DNA of 64,000 bases from an uncultured delta proteobacterium (GTDB lineage Bacteria > Desulfobacterota > Desulfobacteria > Desulfobacterales > B30-G6): positions 448,001-512,000 of the forward strand of contig CAWGLD010000004.1 of NCBI GenBank assembly GCA_963823335.1, given 5' to 3'. This document shows, one piece after another, positions 41,035 to 50,326 of this stretch. The notes beneath the pieces are model-generated. The model worked only from the letters and a program-made list of their open reading frames with translations, ran no database searches and was not told where the DNA came from. The translations under genes were made by a program, and so were the position numbers. How positions within the stretch are numbered: the stretch's first letter is position 1; each line of letters opens with the position of its first letter.

Positions 41035-41777
41035 CCCCCTTCCATTACCGCCACGGAGACTCGGTCCTGCATGTTCTTGATGCCCGATTCAAAATCGTGC
41101 TGATGGTGATGTTCAGTCTGTCTCTCCTCGATGCATCGCCCCTGGGTCTCTGCGCTTTGGCATTGTTGCTGGTATTTCTGTTTCTGCATACCCGGATACC
41201 CATCACATCCGTGATAGCAGAGTTGCGCTATTTTTTCGTTTTGCTACTGCTTGTGTTTGTTCTCAGGCTCATTTCAACCCAAGGCGATCCCCTTTTCAAG
41301 ACACCATGGATCAGCCTGTCAAAACAGGGCTTTATAGAAGGCGCCATGGTGTGCTGGCGCTTGTTGATGGTCGTTTTGCTGGGTTTCCTCTTTATTTCCA
41401 CGACCCGTATCTCGGCCATAAAAGCCTCTGTACAGCGGCTCCTGGCCCCTGTTCCCCTGATACCCGAAAAACGTATGGCCACCATGATGGGGCTGATCGT
41501 ACGCTTCATACCTGTCATCTTTCAAAAAACTCGCGATATTTCCGAAGCCCAGAAAGCCCGCTGCGTGGAACTTCGAAAAAATCCCCTCTATCGACTCGAA
41601 GCCTTTGCCATGCCGCTCATGCGCGGTGTGTTTCAGGATGCCGACAAACTTGCCATGGCGATGGTCGCAAGATGCTACCATGAGAACCAGCCTGTCGAAA
41701 CCACGGCAGCTCGGAAACGCGACTGGCTGGTGCTGGCATCCGGGGGACTGTTTTGCTTGTTTCTTCTATTTATCTGA
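41022..41777 (+). CDS. ECF transporter T component
   Basis: LDARFK, RFIP, AQKARC and AMVARC motifs. Confidence 0.9.
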   Translation: MATLTPFHYRHGDSVLHVLDARFKIVLMVMFSLSLLDASPLGLCALALLLVFLFLHTRIPITSVIAELRYFFVLLLLVFVLRLISTQGDPLFKTPWISLSKQGFIEGAMVCWRLLMVVLLGFLFISTTRISAIKASVQRLLAPVPLIPEKRMATMMGLIVRFIPVIFQKTRDISEAQKARCVELRKNPLYRLEAFAMPLMRGVFQDADKLAMAMVARCYHENQPVETTAARKRDWLVLASGGLFCLFLLFI

Positions 41778-41855
41778 TGGATGACCACTGCATCGAACTT
41801 GTGGTTTGCTTTTTCGTCTTTGTTTGTGATTTGATATTTTGAGTCATTTTTTAAG

Positions 41856-41942
41856 GGGACGATGGTGAAATATTGATATTTAGTCCTGGGATTTCTAACT
41901 TTTTCTCGAATTATTTAAATATCAATATTTCACCATCGTCCC
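41856..41942. repeat. Palindromic element copy 2 (perfect 27-bp arms)
   Basis: GGGACGATGGTGAAATATTGATATTTA ... exact reverse complement. Confidence 0.85.
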
Positions 41943-42076
41943 TAGTATTCTGACCATTGACACCTTCTCCTCCCTATAATAAAGTCGTTGCTGCAATGAT
42001 GGTTCTTATCATAAACACAATATCATTTTGGATAGTTGTAGGCTTTTTGGATTTATAACAAGGGGAGTGGAGCCCA

Positions 42077-43441
42077 TTGAAAATCATCATCGTCGGGGCT
42101 GGTGAAGTTGGATTTCACATTGCCGGTCGTCTTGCCCTGGAAAATAAAGATGTGGTGCTTATCGACAACGATATGGACTCGATTCGCCGCGTCACCGACC
42201 ACATCGATGTCCAGACCATCCATGGGTCCGGAAGCAGTCCCGCCGTTCTGGATGAAGCTGGTATTCGCGGCGCGGAAATATTGCTGGCCGTCACGGACAG
42301 TGATGAAACAAACCTTGTGGCCTGCCTTGCGGCCCATATCATTTCACCAAACACCAAGAAACTGGCCCGACTTCGCGATGCCGCATACGACTCTTATCAT
42401 CAGATATTCCGGGATAATCCCCCGCATATCGATACCATTATCAACCCGGAGATAGAGGTCGTCAACACCATCCACAGGCTCCTCAGTGTTCCAGGTGCCG
42501 TGGATGTGTACGATTTTGAAAATGGCCGTATCAAATTCGTCGGTGTTACTATGAATGCAAGCTCACGCATGGCCGGAGCGGCACTTTCCGATCTTCCCGG
42601 TATCTTTGGAGATTCCCGACCCCTTATCGCCGCCATCGTTCGCAATGAAGAACTCATTGTTCCCGACGGGAAGGATCGCTTGATGCCCGACGATCTGGTC
42701 TATTTTATCTGTAAACAAGATATTCTCTCCGATACACTCCAGATGTTCGACAAACACGATGCGCCTCTCAACCGGGTTCTCATTGTCGGCGGCGGTAGAA
42801 TTGGTTACCGCCTGGCAGCCCTGCTCGAAAAAAAATCGATCTACACCAAAATTATCGAACGAGGCAACGAGCGATGTGATGCCCTCGCCAAAACCCTGAA
42901 CAAGACCGTGGTTCTGTGCGGTGATGGTTCGGATCAGGAACTCCTCAAAGAAGAAAATATCCAGGACATGGATGCCCTGGTGGCCGTAACAGACAATGAA
43001 GAGACCAACATTCTTGTTTCCCTTCTCGGCAAACGAATGGGGGTGCGAAATTCGATTACCAAGATCAGCCGTTTCAGTTATTTTCCCCTGCTGTCCACCA
43101 TCGGTCTCGATCAGGTGGTCAGCACGCGCCGCTCTGCCATCAGCAGCATTCTGCAGCACATCCGCAAAGGAAAAATCCTGTCCGCCATGACACTGAAGGG
43201 TGAGCAGGCGGAAGTGCTCGAAGCCGTGGCTTTGGAGACATCGGGTATCGTCGGCAAGCCCATCAAGAAGGTTGCATTCCCCAAAGGTGCCCTGCTCGTC
43301 AGTGTCGTCCGCAAGGAAGACATCATTATTCCTACGGGCGACACCGTGGTTGAGCCAGGGGACAAGGTCATTCTTTTCGCCAAGAGACAGGCCGTTCCAA
43401 AGATTGAAAAAATCCTCACCGTCAAACTGGAATTTTTCTAA
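42077..43441 (+). CDS. trkA: Trk potassium uptake protein TrkA
   Basis: Two RCK pairs, GAGEVG and GGGRIG Rossmann motifs. Confidence 0.95.
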   Translation: MKIIIVGAGEVGFHIAGRLALENKDVVLIDNDMDSIRRVTDHIDVQTIHGSGSSPAVLDEAGIRGAEILLAVTDSDETNLVACLAAHIISPNTKKLARLRDAAYDSYHQIFRDNPPHIDTIINPEIEVVNTIHRLLSVPGAVDVYDFENGRIKFVGVTMNASSRMAGAALSDLPGIFGDSRPLIAAIVRNEELIVPDGKDRLMPDDLVYFICKQDILSDTLQMFDKHDAPLNRVLIVGGGRIGYRLAALLEKKSIYTKIIERGNERCDALAKTLNKTVVLCGDGSDQELLKEENIQDMDALVAVTDNEETNILVSLLGKRMGVRNSITKISRFSYFPLLSTIGLDQVVSTRRSAISSILQHIRKGKILSAMTLKGEQAEVLEAVALETSGIVGKPIKKVAFPKGALLVSVVRKEDIIIPTGDTVVEPGDKVILFAKRQAVPKIEKILTVKLEFF

Positions 43442-44889
43442 TGCGCTGGCGCCTCATACTCTATGTGGTGGGACTGCTGACCCTCTTTTTCGGTCTGACC
43501 ATGGCGGCGCCGCTAGCGGTAAGTCTCTATTTCAGGGATGGCAGTGGGTTCCCCATGCTGATTTCACTGGCCATCACGATTCTGTTCGGCGTATCCCTAA
43601 CCCTCGGCTTCCGGGGTGTCCAAATCGCCGACATTCGCCAGCGAGAAGGTATGGCCATCGTCTTTTTCGGCTGGACAGCCATGGGCCTTTTCGGCGCCCT
43701 GCCGTTTTTCTTGGCCGGTGAAGGGGTTTCTTTTACGGATGCCTTCTTCGAGTCGATCTCCGGGTTTACAACCACCGGGGCATCCATATTCACCAACATC
43801 GAGCGGCATGCCGAGGGCTTTCTGTTCTGGCGAAGCTTTATCCAGTGGCTCGGTGGAATGGGGATCATCGTGTTGTCCCTGGCCGTACTCCCCTTTCTAA
43901 AGGTCGGCGGCATGCAGCTTTACAAGGCAGAGGTCCCCACTCCGGTCCCAGACAAACTCAAACCCCGCATCCAGGAAACCGCCGTTACCCTGTGGAAAGT
44001 GTATATCCTGTTTACCTTTCTTCAGATTCTTTTGCTGATGGCCGGCGGCATGAATCTCTATGAAGCGGTCTGCCACACCTTTACCACCATGCCCACCGGC
44101 GGGTTCTCCACCAAAAACGCATCCATTGCCCACTACAACAGTGCTTATTTCGACACTGTTTTTATCCTGTTCATGCTGATGGCCGGAATCAATTTTTCTC
44201 TGCATTATCAGATGCTGAAAGGAAAACCTCTGGCAATCTGGCGCGATGCTGAGGGACGTTTCTTCCTCTTTCTTTCACTGCTGCTGGTGCTGCTGGTCAG
44301 CTGGAACATCTATGGAGAAGTCTACCACACTCTGGGGGATGCCATCCGTTATGGAGCCTTTCAGGTGGTGTCGATTCTGACAACCACAGGATTTGCCACG
44401 GCGGATTATGAGACATGGCCGGCCATGTCCCAGATAATACTGTTTCTGTGCATGTTCATCGGAGCCTCGGCCGGGTCCACCGGCGGCGGCGTCAAATGCC
44501 TCAGAATCATGCTGCTGTTCAAGTACTGCGCCAGAGAGCTCTTTCTGCTGGTACACCCCAGGTCCATAACGCACATCAAAATCAATGGCAAACCTATTCC
44601 GGAAGAGATTGTCCGCAGTGTTATGGGGTTTCTGGCCCTCTATATCGGTCTCTTTGCCCTCTGCACCGTGATCCTATCCGGCCTCGGCGTCGATTTCATG
44701 ACATCACTGACAGCTGTCGCCTCCTGCATCGGCAATATCGGCCCGGGCTTCGGCATGGTGGGCCCTGTGGAAAATTATGCCGCCATCCCGGCCCTGGGCA
44801 AGTGGCTCCTCATCTGGTGCATGCTCCTGGGTCGACTTGAAATTTATACCGTTATCATTCTTTTTGCACCGGCGTTCTGGCGAAAATAA
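43441..44889 (+). CDS. trkH: Trk potassium uptake membrane protein TrkH
   Basis: FESISGFTTTG, WLGGMG, TGGFS, GSTGGG.K, GRLE. Confidence 0.95.
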   Translation: MRWRLILYVVGLLTLFFGLTMAAPLAVSLYFRDGSGFPMLISLAITILFGVSLTLGFRGVQIADIRQREGMAIVFFGWTAMGLFGALPFFLAGEGVSFTDAFFESISGFTTTGASIFTNIERHAEGFLFWRSFIQWLGGMGIIVLSLAVLPFLKVGGMQLYKAEVPTPVPDKLKPRIQETAVTLWKVYILFTFLQILLLMAGGMNLYEAVCHTFTTMPTGGFSTKNASIAHYNSAYFDTVFILFMLMAGINFSLHYQMLKGKPLAIWRDAEGRFFLFLSLLLVLLVSWNIYGEVYHTLGDAIRYGAFQVVSILTTTGFATADYETWPAMSQIILFLCMFIGASAGSTGGGVKCLRIMLLFKYCARELFLLVHPRSITHIKINGKPIPEEIVRSVMGFLALYIGLFALCTVILSGLGVDFMTSLTAVASCIGNIGPGFGMVGPVENYAAIPALGKWLLIWCMLLGRLEIYTVIILFAPAFWRK

Positions 44890-44955
44890 TCGAACAAGCT
44901 GACAATTTTTTATTGACACCTGTGGAAATTACCGTTAAATGGTGTTGTTTTACAC

Positions 44956-45031
44956 GGGCCGTTAACTCAGTCGGTAGAGTATCTGCCTTTTAAGCAGAGA
45001 GTCGCGCGTTCGAGCCGCGCACGGCCCACCA
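44956..45031 (+). tRNA. tRNA-Lys (TTT)
   Basis: 76-nt cloverleaf; TCTGC-CTTTTAA-GCAGA; CCA end; TTGACA at 44913 upstream. Confidence 0.96.
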
Positions 45032-45051
45032 ACACAATAGCAAACCATCAC

Positions 45052-45129
45052 GACCCCATCGTCTAGCCTGGTCCAGGACACCGGCCTTTCACGCCGGCAA
45101 CGGGGGTTCAAATCCCCCTGGGGTCGCCA
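45052..45129 (+). tRNA. tRNA-Glu (TTC)
   Basis: Cloverleaf; CCGGC-CTTTCAC-GCCGG; GGTTCAAATCC; CCA end. Confidence 0.96.
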
Positions 45130-45523
45130 CCCAATTAAAACAGGGACTTAGAAGAAATTCTGAGCCCCTGTTATTTTTTGTGTTTATCCAATACCCAACA
45201 ACAAATCCCTATATCAGGCCATTTGTTGTGTTTCCCGGCGAAATATATAAATACAAACCCGAAACCTGTTTCTGTTCATAATCTTGTGGCATCAACCATT
45301 AATCCTGATTTGCTTTAAAGAGTTCGATACTTTGCTGTTTTTGAATTTAGGGACTGGGATTCTTGATTGACCATCATCTATCACATCTTTTTCCGTCTGA
45401 CCAAATGCGATATAACCCCCAAATATTTGAAAATACTCACTTAATTTATTGATAGCATTTTCAATGTTTCTTGTTTCAGATAACCAAATTTGGGTATTAA
45501 GGTTAAGAATTCAGATAAATACA

Positions 45524-46427
45524 TTAAGTTTGAAATCTACATCCACAGTTATGACAAATGTATGTTGGCTTTACAAGCAAGAGGAGGAGGCCGATGGGAA
45601 AAAGCATAATCATTAATCCTATGAGCCAACACCCCCTTACACCGAATGCTTGTCCACCACATCTGGGGCAAGAAATCCAATTAAGCGACGAGTATAACGT
45701 CTAAGTTTGCGACCATCTTGGGTGCGCCGTTTCTTTCTTCCTTTGCGATGTGGCGAGATCATTTCAATGCCACGTTCTTCGCTAAGCGTCTGATCAAGTT
45801 TGTCACTATCGTAAGCTTTATCCCCGATAATTTTATCAGGGGCATATTTGGTAAAACCACTGTCAATAGTGGCCTCGACCAGTTTCACCTCATGGGGCGA
45901 AGCGCTTTCAATGTGAGCGGCGATAGGAAGACCAGAAGCGTCTGCGATGGCCATGATCTTGGTGCCTTTGCCGCGTTTCGTCTTGCCGACAGCAAGACCC
46001 CTTTTTTTGCCGGCGCGAAGCTGCCGTCTATGAACGCCTCACGAATGTCAATTTTACCGCGTTCATATAGGTCTTCTGCCAGCTCTTGGACAACCCGTTG
46101 GAAAATTCCTTGTCGCACCCATTGCTGGAACCGCCTATGGCATGTCTGGTATGGCGGATACCGTGGGGGCAGATCTTTCCAAGGTGCGCCGGTTCGAAGA
46201 ATCCACATTATTCCATTCAATACTTCCCGTGGATCCCTTGGATGGCGGCCTCTCGGGTCTTTTATAGGGGTTAAGGATGAAATCACAGGCTCTATCCGGT
46301 CCCATTGTTCGTTTGTGAGTTCCATCCTAATTCTATTACATATTCAGTCCCTTATGTCTAGATTTATTTTGAGATAGCTTGTAAGTAAATCTTGACTTTG
46401 ATTCTGATAAATGTTTCGTTTTTTCAT
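45524..46427 (-). pseudogene. IS-disrupted 67-aa zinc-ribbon membrane protein (LITAF/BRI3-like)
   Basis: 5' part 46427-46382 and 3' part 45681-45524 join in frame across the duplicated TA. Confidence 0.8.
45684..46381 (-). mobile_element. IS5-family element, 3'-truncated; orfA 45885-46325 and orfB in the -1 frame
   Basis: ELTNEQW, WILRTGAPWKDLP..Y..YQTCHRRF..W, IDGSF, GDKAYDS; A7G slip site near 46001-46008; one TIR at 46367-46381. Confidence 0.9.
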
Positions 46428-46471
46428 AGGTGAAACTCCTTTTGTTTTGTAGCTGCTTCATTGCAGACTAC

Positions 46472-46486
46472 GCATCAATTATGCCA
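46472..46486 (-). promoter_or_regulatory. Sigma54-type promoter of the disrupted small gene
   Basis: TGGCATAATTGATGC: GG-N10-GC, ~45 bp above ATG 46427. Confidence 0.55.
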
Positions 46487-46856
46487 CAGGCCAAAACCTG
46501 ATGGCTCATTAAACAGGGGAGTTTCACCTTTATTATTTTGGAATTGGATAATTACGGGGGAATTTAAGGCTTGAAAACCCCTATCGATAGAGTTGTGGAG
46601 ACTCCGCGAGCTACACCCTAGCCGGACACTACTGACCAAGTCTGGTACAAAGAACACAAGATATTTAGGCTATCAAGTGATTAAAAAGTTGAGGGCTCAA
46701 CAGAAGAATCTTGCAGATTAATATTTTTGCTATTCAAGGTATAATTGCCCAATTTCGTTTGAGATTCGGGGATTATAATGGAAACTTGTTTTTCAACACC
46801 TCAAATAAACGGCTTGGAATCACTCCGGGCCTTTTCCTTTTTTAAAATGACGGATA

Positions 46857-47276
46857 TCAGCAGGCTGCCTCGCTTTGTTGCGATGTAAAGTCTTCGTCGA
46901 ACATGAAAGCAGGCATATTTCTTCCAACTTGAATATCAAACTGTGTCGCCAATGCTACCGGTTTTTTACGCCGATCCTCCTCAATGAGATCTACGATTTG
47001 ATGTCTTTGAAAAGTTTTCAGTGTTCGAGACAAATTGCTCTTATTTCTTCCGGATATTCTGGATAACTCATCTATCGATGCTGGTTTTTCTTTTTCTATA
47101 AGTTTTAATAGTTCGATATTTCTTGTGCTCAAAACCTGCATACAAGTCTCTACAGACTCAAACCAAATCATGGGGGCATTTTTTTGAGGTTTATATTTCC
47201 CACAGGCTATTGCCTTTGTATATTTTTGAAATACTTTAAATGGCATTATACCAACCTTGACAATCTTCGTTCTCAT
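46857..47276 (-). CDS. HTH antitoxin-like regulator (HVO_A0114-like)
   Basis: WFES, VLS..NIELL..I....PASI.EL...SGR..SNLSRTL. Confidence 0.8.
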   Translation of the reverse strand: MRTKIVKVGIMPFKVFQKYTKAIACGKYKPQKNAPMIWFESVETCMQVLSTRNIELLKLIEKEKPASIDELSRISGRNKSNLSRTLKTFQRHQIVDLIEEDRRKKPVALATQFDIQVGRNMPAFMFDEDFTSQQSEAAC

Positions 47277-47299
47277 TTTTGCCTCCCCTTCAGAACTTC

Positions 47300-47662
47300 C
47301 TATCCATATACTATCTCGTTCACAGCCTTCCAAAAATCGTCCAGAAGTTGGCTGGCTGATGAAAATAAATAGCGCTCAACTTTTTCTTGTTTGTGAACGT
47401 GGTCCCAAGTGATGATACGGCCAGTGTATTTTTTCGGTCGACGCCCTCTTTTTGGTATCGCATGTGCGTTATCGAAACCTAAAACCCGTGTGTTGTTTCG
47501 ATCATGCAACGTTAAAGAGTAGTTGATGCCGTGGGGACGGAATTTATCTTTGTCCACTTTACAAGCTTCAAGTTTAACCCAGTAACCGTTGTCGCACCAA
47601 AACGAACAGCCATTTAAGTCAAGTAAGGTTAGCAGCTCGGCATCTTCTGCTTCGTATTTCAT
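47300..47662 (-). CDS. Putative toxin (DUF6516/TumE-like)
   Basis: RPHGINYSLTLHD...RVLGFDNAH...WDH.H...LL.DFW; paired with the HTH gene. Confidence 0.75.
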   Translation of the reverse strand: MKYEAEDAELLTLLDLNGCSFWCDNGYWVKLEACKVDKDKFRPHGINYSLTLHDRNNTRVLGFDNAHAIPKRGRRPKKYTGRIITWDHVHKQEKVERYLFSSASQLLDDFWKAVNEIVYG

Positions 47663-47674
47663 TTGTATGCCCTT

Positions 47675-47703
47675 AAGTTATCAACGGATCACAACCTTGT
47701 CAA
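47675..47703 (-). promoter_or_regulatory. Promoter of the TA-like operon with an imperfect palindrome
   Basis: TTGACA-17-TAACTT on the minus strand. Confidence 0.55.
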
Positions 47704-48165
47704 CCAAAATATAATATATTTTTAAATAGTAAAGGTTATATTAATAATTTCATAAGCATTTTTTAAACTAACTTCAGTAAAAAAACAAGCATTTTTACAG
47801 TTTAGAATAGCGGACACTTCCCGGACACTGATTGCCATGCTTTTAATGTACTTTCATGACTCTCATGCATTTCGTTAATTAAAATATATCAATATATTAG
47901 ATATTTACAGGGGAGGCGCGGAGGGTCTTTCACGCCGGCAACGGGGGTTCAAATCCCCCTGGGGTCGCCACCCAATTAAAACAGGGACTTAGAAGAAATT
48001 CTGAGCCCCTGTTTTATTTTGGTATTTCTTAGGTCCCCCTATTAGTCCCCCCAAGCACAACAAGAATGAAGGTAACAATCCACACTCGTCACCACTTGAC
48101 CTTATCGGCCATATTTGACATCTTGTTCCACCCTACCCCGTTCGCTACATTCAAAAGGAGCATGA

Positions 48166-48450
48166 ATGACACTAACAAAAGCTGATCTTATCGAACATAT
48201 TCGATCCAACAATGACCTGACACAAAAGCAGAGCACCGACCTTGTTGAGACAACCATCAATATCATCAAGAACACACTTGCCTCTGGTGATGATGTCCTG
48301 ATCAGCGGCTTTGGTAAGCTCTGTGTGAAAGAAAAAGCGGAACGGAAAGGTAGGAACCCCGTTACTGGGGATGATCAGATGTTGCCGGCAAGACGCGTTG
48401 TTACATTCAAGTGCTCAGGTAAGCTACGGGAGAGTGTAAATAGCAAGTGA
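48166..48450 (+). CDS. Second integration host factor alpha-like paralog
   Basis: LTKADL, ISGFGK, KGRNP.TG, RRVVTFK.S; SD AAGGAG. Confidence 0.9.
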   Translation: MTLTKADLIEHIRSNNDLTQKQSTDLVETTINIIKNTLASGDDVLISGFGKLCVKEKAERKGRNPVTGDDQMLPARRVVTFKCSGKLRESVNSK

Positions 48451-48915
48451 TCATCCTGACATATGAGTTTTAAGCCATGCCTCCATGCTCATTTGCACTG
48501 TAGTGTATTGATAAAGAACAACATAAAAACCCGAAATCCGTCTCCGGAAATCGGGTTTTCAGGTTTTGATGACGTTTCTGATGTCTAAAAACACAACTTT
48601 TCAAAAATATGGCCATCAACATGTCAAAGGATGTTATCACAGGTTTGCCTAACCTGTTGATGAGTTGGAGGCAGTGCGCAACTCGCAAAAGTAGAAAAGC
48701 AGGGTCTAATTGGCCCTGCTTTCACAATAATAGTCGGTGTCTCGGTGTCCCACACTAAACCAGTACCGCCAATAACCTAAAGTGTAGTTTTTCCAATGCT
48801 TACGCTTGCCAAGATGAATATCCTGGTTAAATTGTAAGTGAAACTTTTAATTTTCGGATACGGGAATTGAAGCGGTTCCGCTCCCCGATGACATATCCCC
48901 CCAAAAGGAGAAGCC

Positions 48916-49818
48916 ATGGATCGAGTCGATATCCTCATCATCGGCCAGGGGCCGGCGGGCCTGTCCGCCGCCATCTATGCGGGCCGGGCCGGCATGCGAA
49001 CCCTGGTACTGGGTTGCGATCCCAAGGTGGCCGGTGACTACATCATCGATAACTATTTCGGGTTTCCCGAACCGATCACCGGAAAGGAACTCATCGCACG
49101 CGGTGTCAGCCAGGCCGAACGGTTCGGCGTGGGCATGCGCTGCGAACGTGTGTTGGGGATTCATGCCGAAGAAGAGGGTTATGTGGTGCGCACCGAGGCC
49201 GAAGAGATCGCAACGGCGGCCCTGATCCTGGCCACCGGGGTGTCCCGGGTGCGGCCCGGCATCGCAAATATCGCCGACTACGAGGGAAAAGGGGTTTCCT
49301 ATTGCGTGAGCTGTGACGGGTTTTTTCACCGAGACAAGACGGTGGCGGTGCTCGGCGAGGGGATATTTGCCGCCAACCAAGCTCTGGAACTGCTCCAGTA
49401 TACCCCCCATGTGACCATCTACACCCAGGGAAAAGCGTTGGAAATGACCCCAGCCTATACCGACATGCTCGACGAGGCGGGCATTGCCATCTACGAGAAC
49501 AAGATCGTCTCCCTGGAAGGAGAGGGCGAATTAATTGCTGCCGTTTTTTCCGACCAGAAGAAAGTGTCCATAGACGGTCTTTATATCGCCATGGGTCAGG
49601 CCAGTGCATCGGATTTCGCCTACAGCCTTGGCCTGGTGCGAAACGGCGATTTCATAGAAGTGGACGACCGACAGCAGACCAACCTGCCCGGCGTATTCGC
49701 CGCCGGCGACTGTGTGGGCCGGTTTCTACAGATCAGCGTGGCCGTGGGAGAAGGGGCCCTGGCCGCCCGGGCCGCCATTGGCCATGCCAAAAAGGTGCGC
49801 AAAGCCGAAACCAGCTAA
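48916..49818 (+). CDS. Thioredoxin reductase-like FAD/NAD(P) oxidoreductase
   Basis: GQGPAGLSAA, LATG, GVSYCVSCDG, GVFAAGD. Confidence 0.88.
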   Translation: MDRVDILIIGQGPAGLSAAIYAGRAGMRTLVLGCDPKVAGDYIIDNYFGFPEPITGKELIARGVSQAERFGVGMRCERVLGIHAEEEGYVVRTEAEEIATAALILATGVSRVRPGIANIADYEGKGVSYCVSCDGFFHRDKTVAVLGEGIFAANQALELLQYTPHVTIYTQGKALEMTPAYTDMLDEAGIAIYENKIVSLEGEGELIAAVFSDQKKVSIDGLYIAMGQASASDFAYSLGLVRNGDFIEVDDRQQTNLPGVFAAGDCVGRFLQISVAVGEGALAARAAIGHAKKVRKAETS

Positions 49819-49966
49819 CCGGTTTCCCTTTCTTAAAAAACCGGTCTCAAGACCGGCGAAATCCATTATGATTTCATCGGGTATTGTTGATTGTTGCATA
49901 TGGTGCAAAAGTATCGCTTAGGATAATAACCTTGATAGTCTGGTTTATGGAAAAAAACTGATATCA

Positions 49967-50100
49967 CAGGTCCCCACCCTCAAAAAACAAAAGTTATGGG
50001 GTGGTGAATTTTGGAGCGACGGCAAATATATCGGCACTGTTGGAGAAGCTACATCCGAGAAAGTAATAAGAAGATACATTCAAAATCAGAGTCTCGATAA
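49967..50100 (+). pseudogene. IS200/IS605 TnpA (Y1) C-terminal fragment
   Basis: Translates LWGGEFWSDGKYIGTVGEATSEKVIRRYIQNQ (catalytic YxxxQ); N-terminal HUH part missing. Confidence 0.8.
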
Positions 50101-50326
50101 AACAGAAACCATGCTTTTCACCAAAGGTAAGAGCTGGAACACAGGTACCTGCCAACAGCAAAATAACCTGCAGATGCAGCTTTCCATTTTCAACGGGTCA
50201 CATTGGTATCTATTGAAGGATAGGGCTGTGGGGAACTGATATCTGTTTTCTTTAATGAAGGAACTTGATGTCGAGGATAAGCTATCTTCAAAGAAATCAA
50301 GTCGACCTGACCGGGAGAATATATGG

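Larger units (their letters stand above)
45086..48013. mobile_element. Islet integrated at tRNA-Glu; 87-bp direct repeats 45086-45172 and 47927-48013
   Basis: Identical repeat begins at the anticodon loop and includes the downstream hairpin; AT-rich cargo. Confidence 0.9.

Noticed and set aside
45718-46377. 219-aa ORF antisense to the IS5 transposase
   Set aside because: Antisense open frames are common in IS5 elements; no independent evidence
48470-48722. Possible ORF or riboswitch after the second IHF gene
   Set aside because: Only hairpins (one similar to the 27083 terminator); no recognisable aptamer or protein signature
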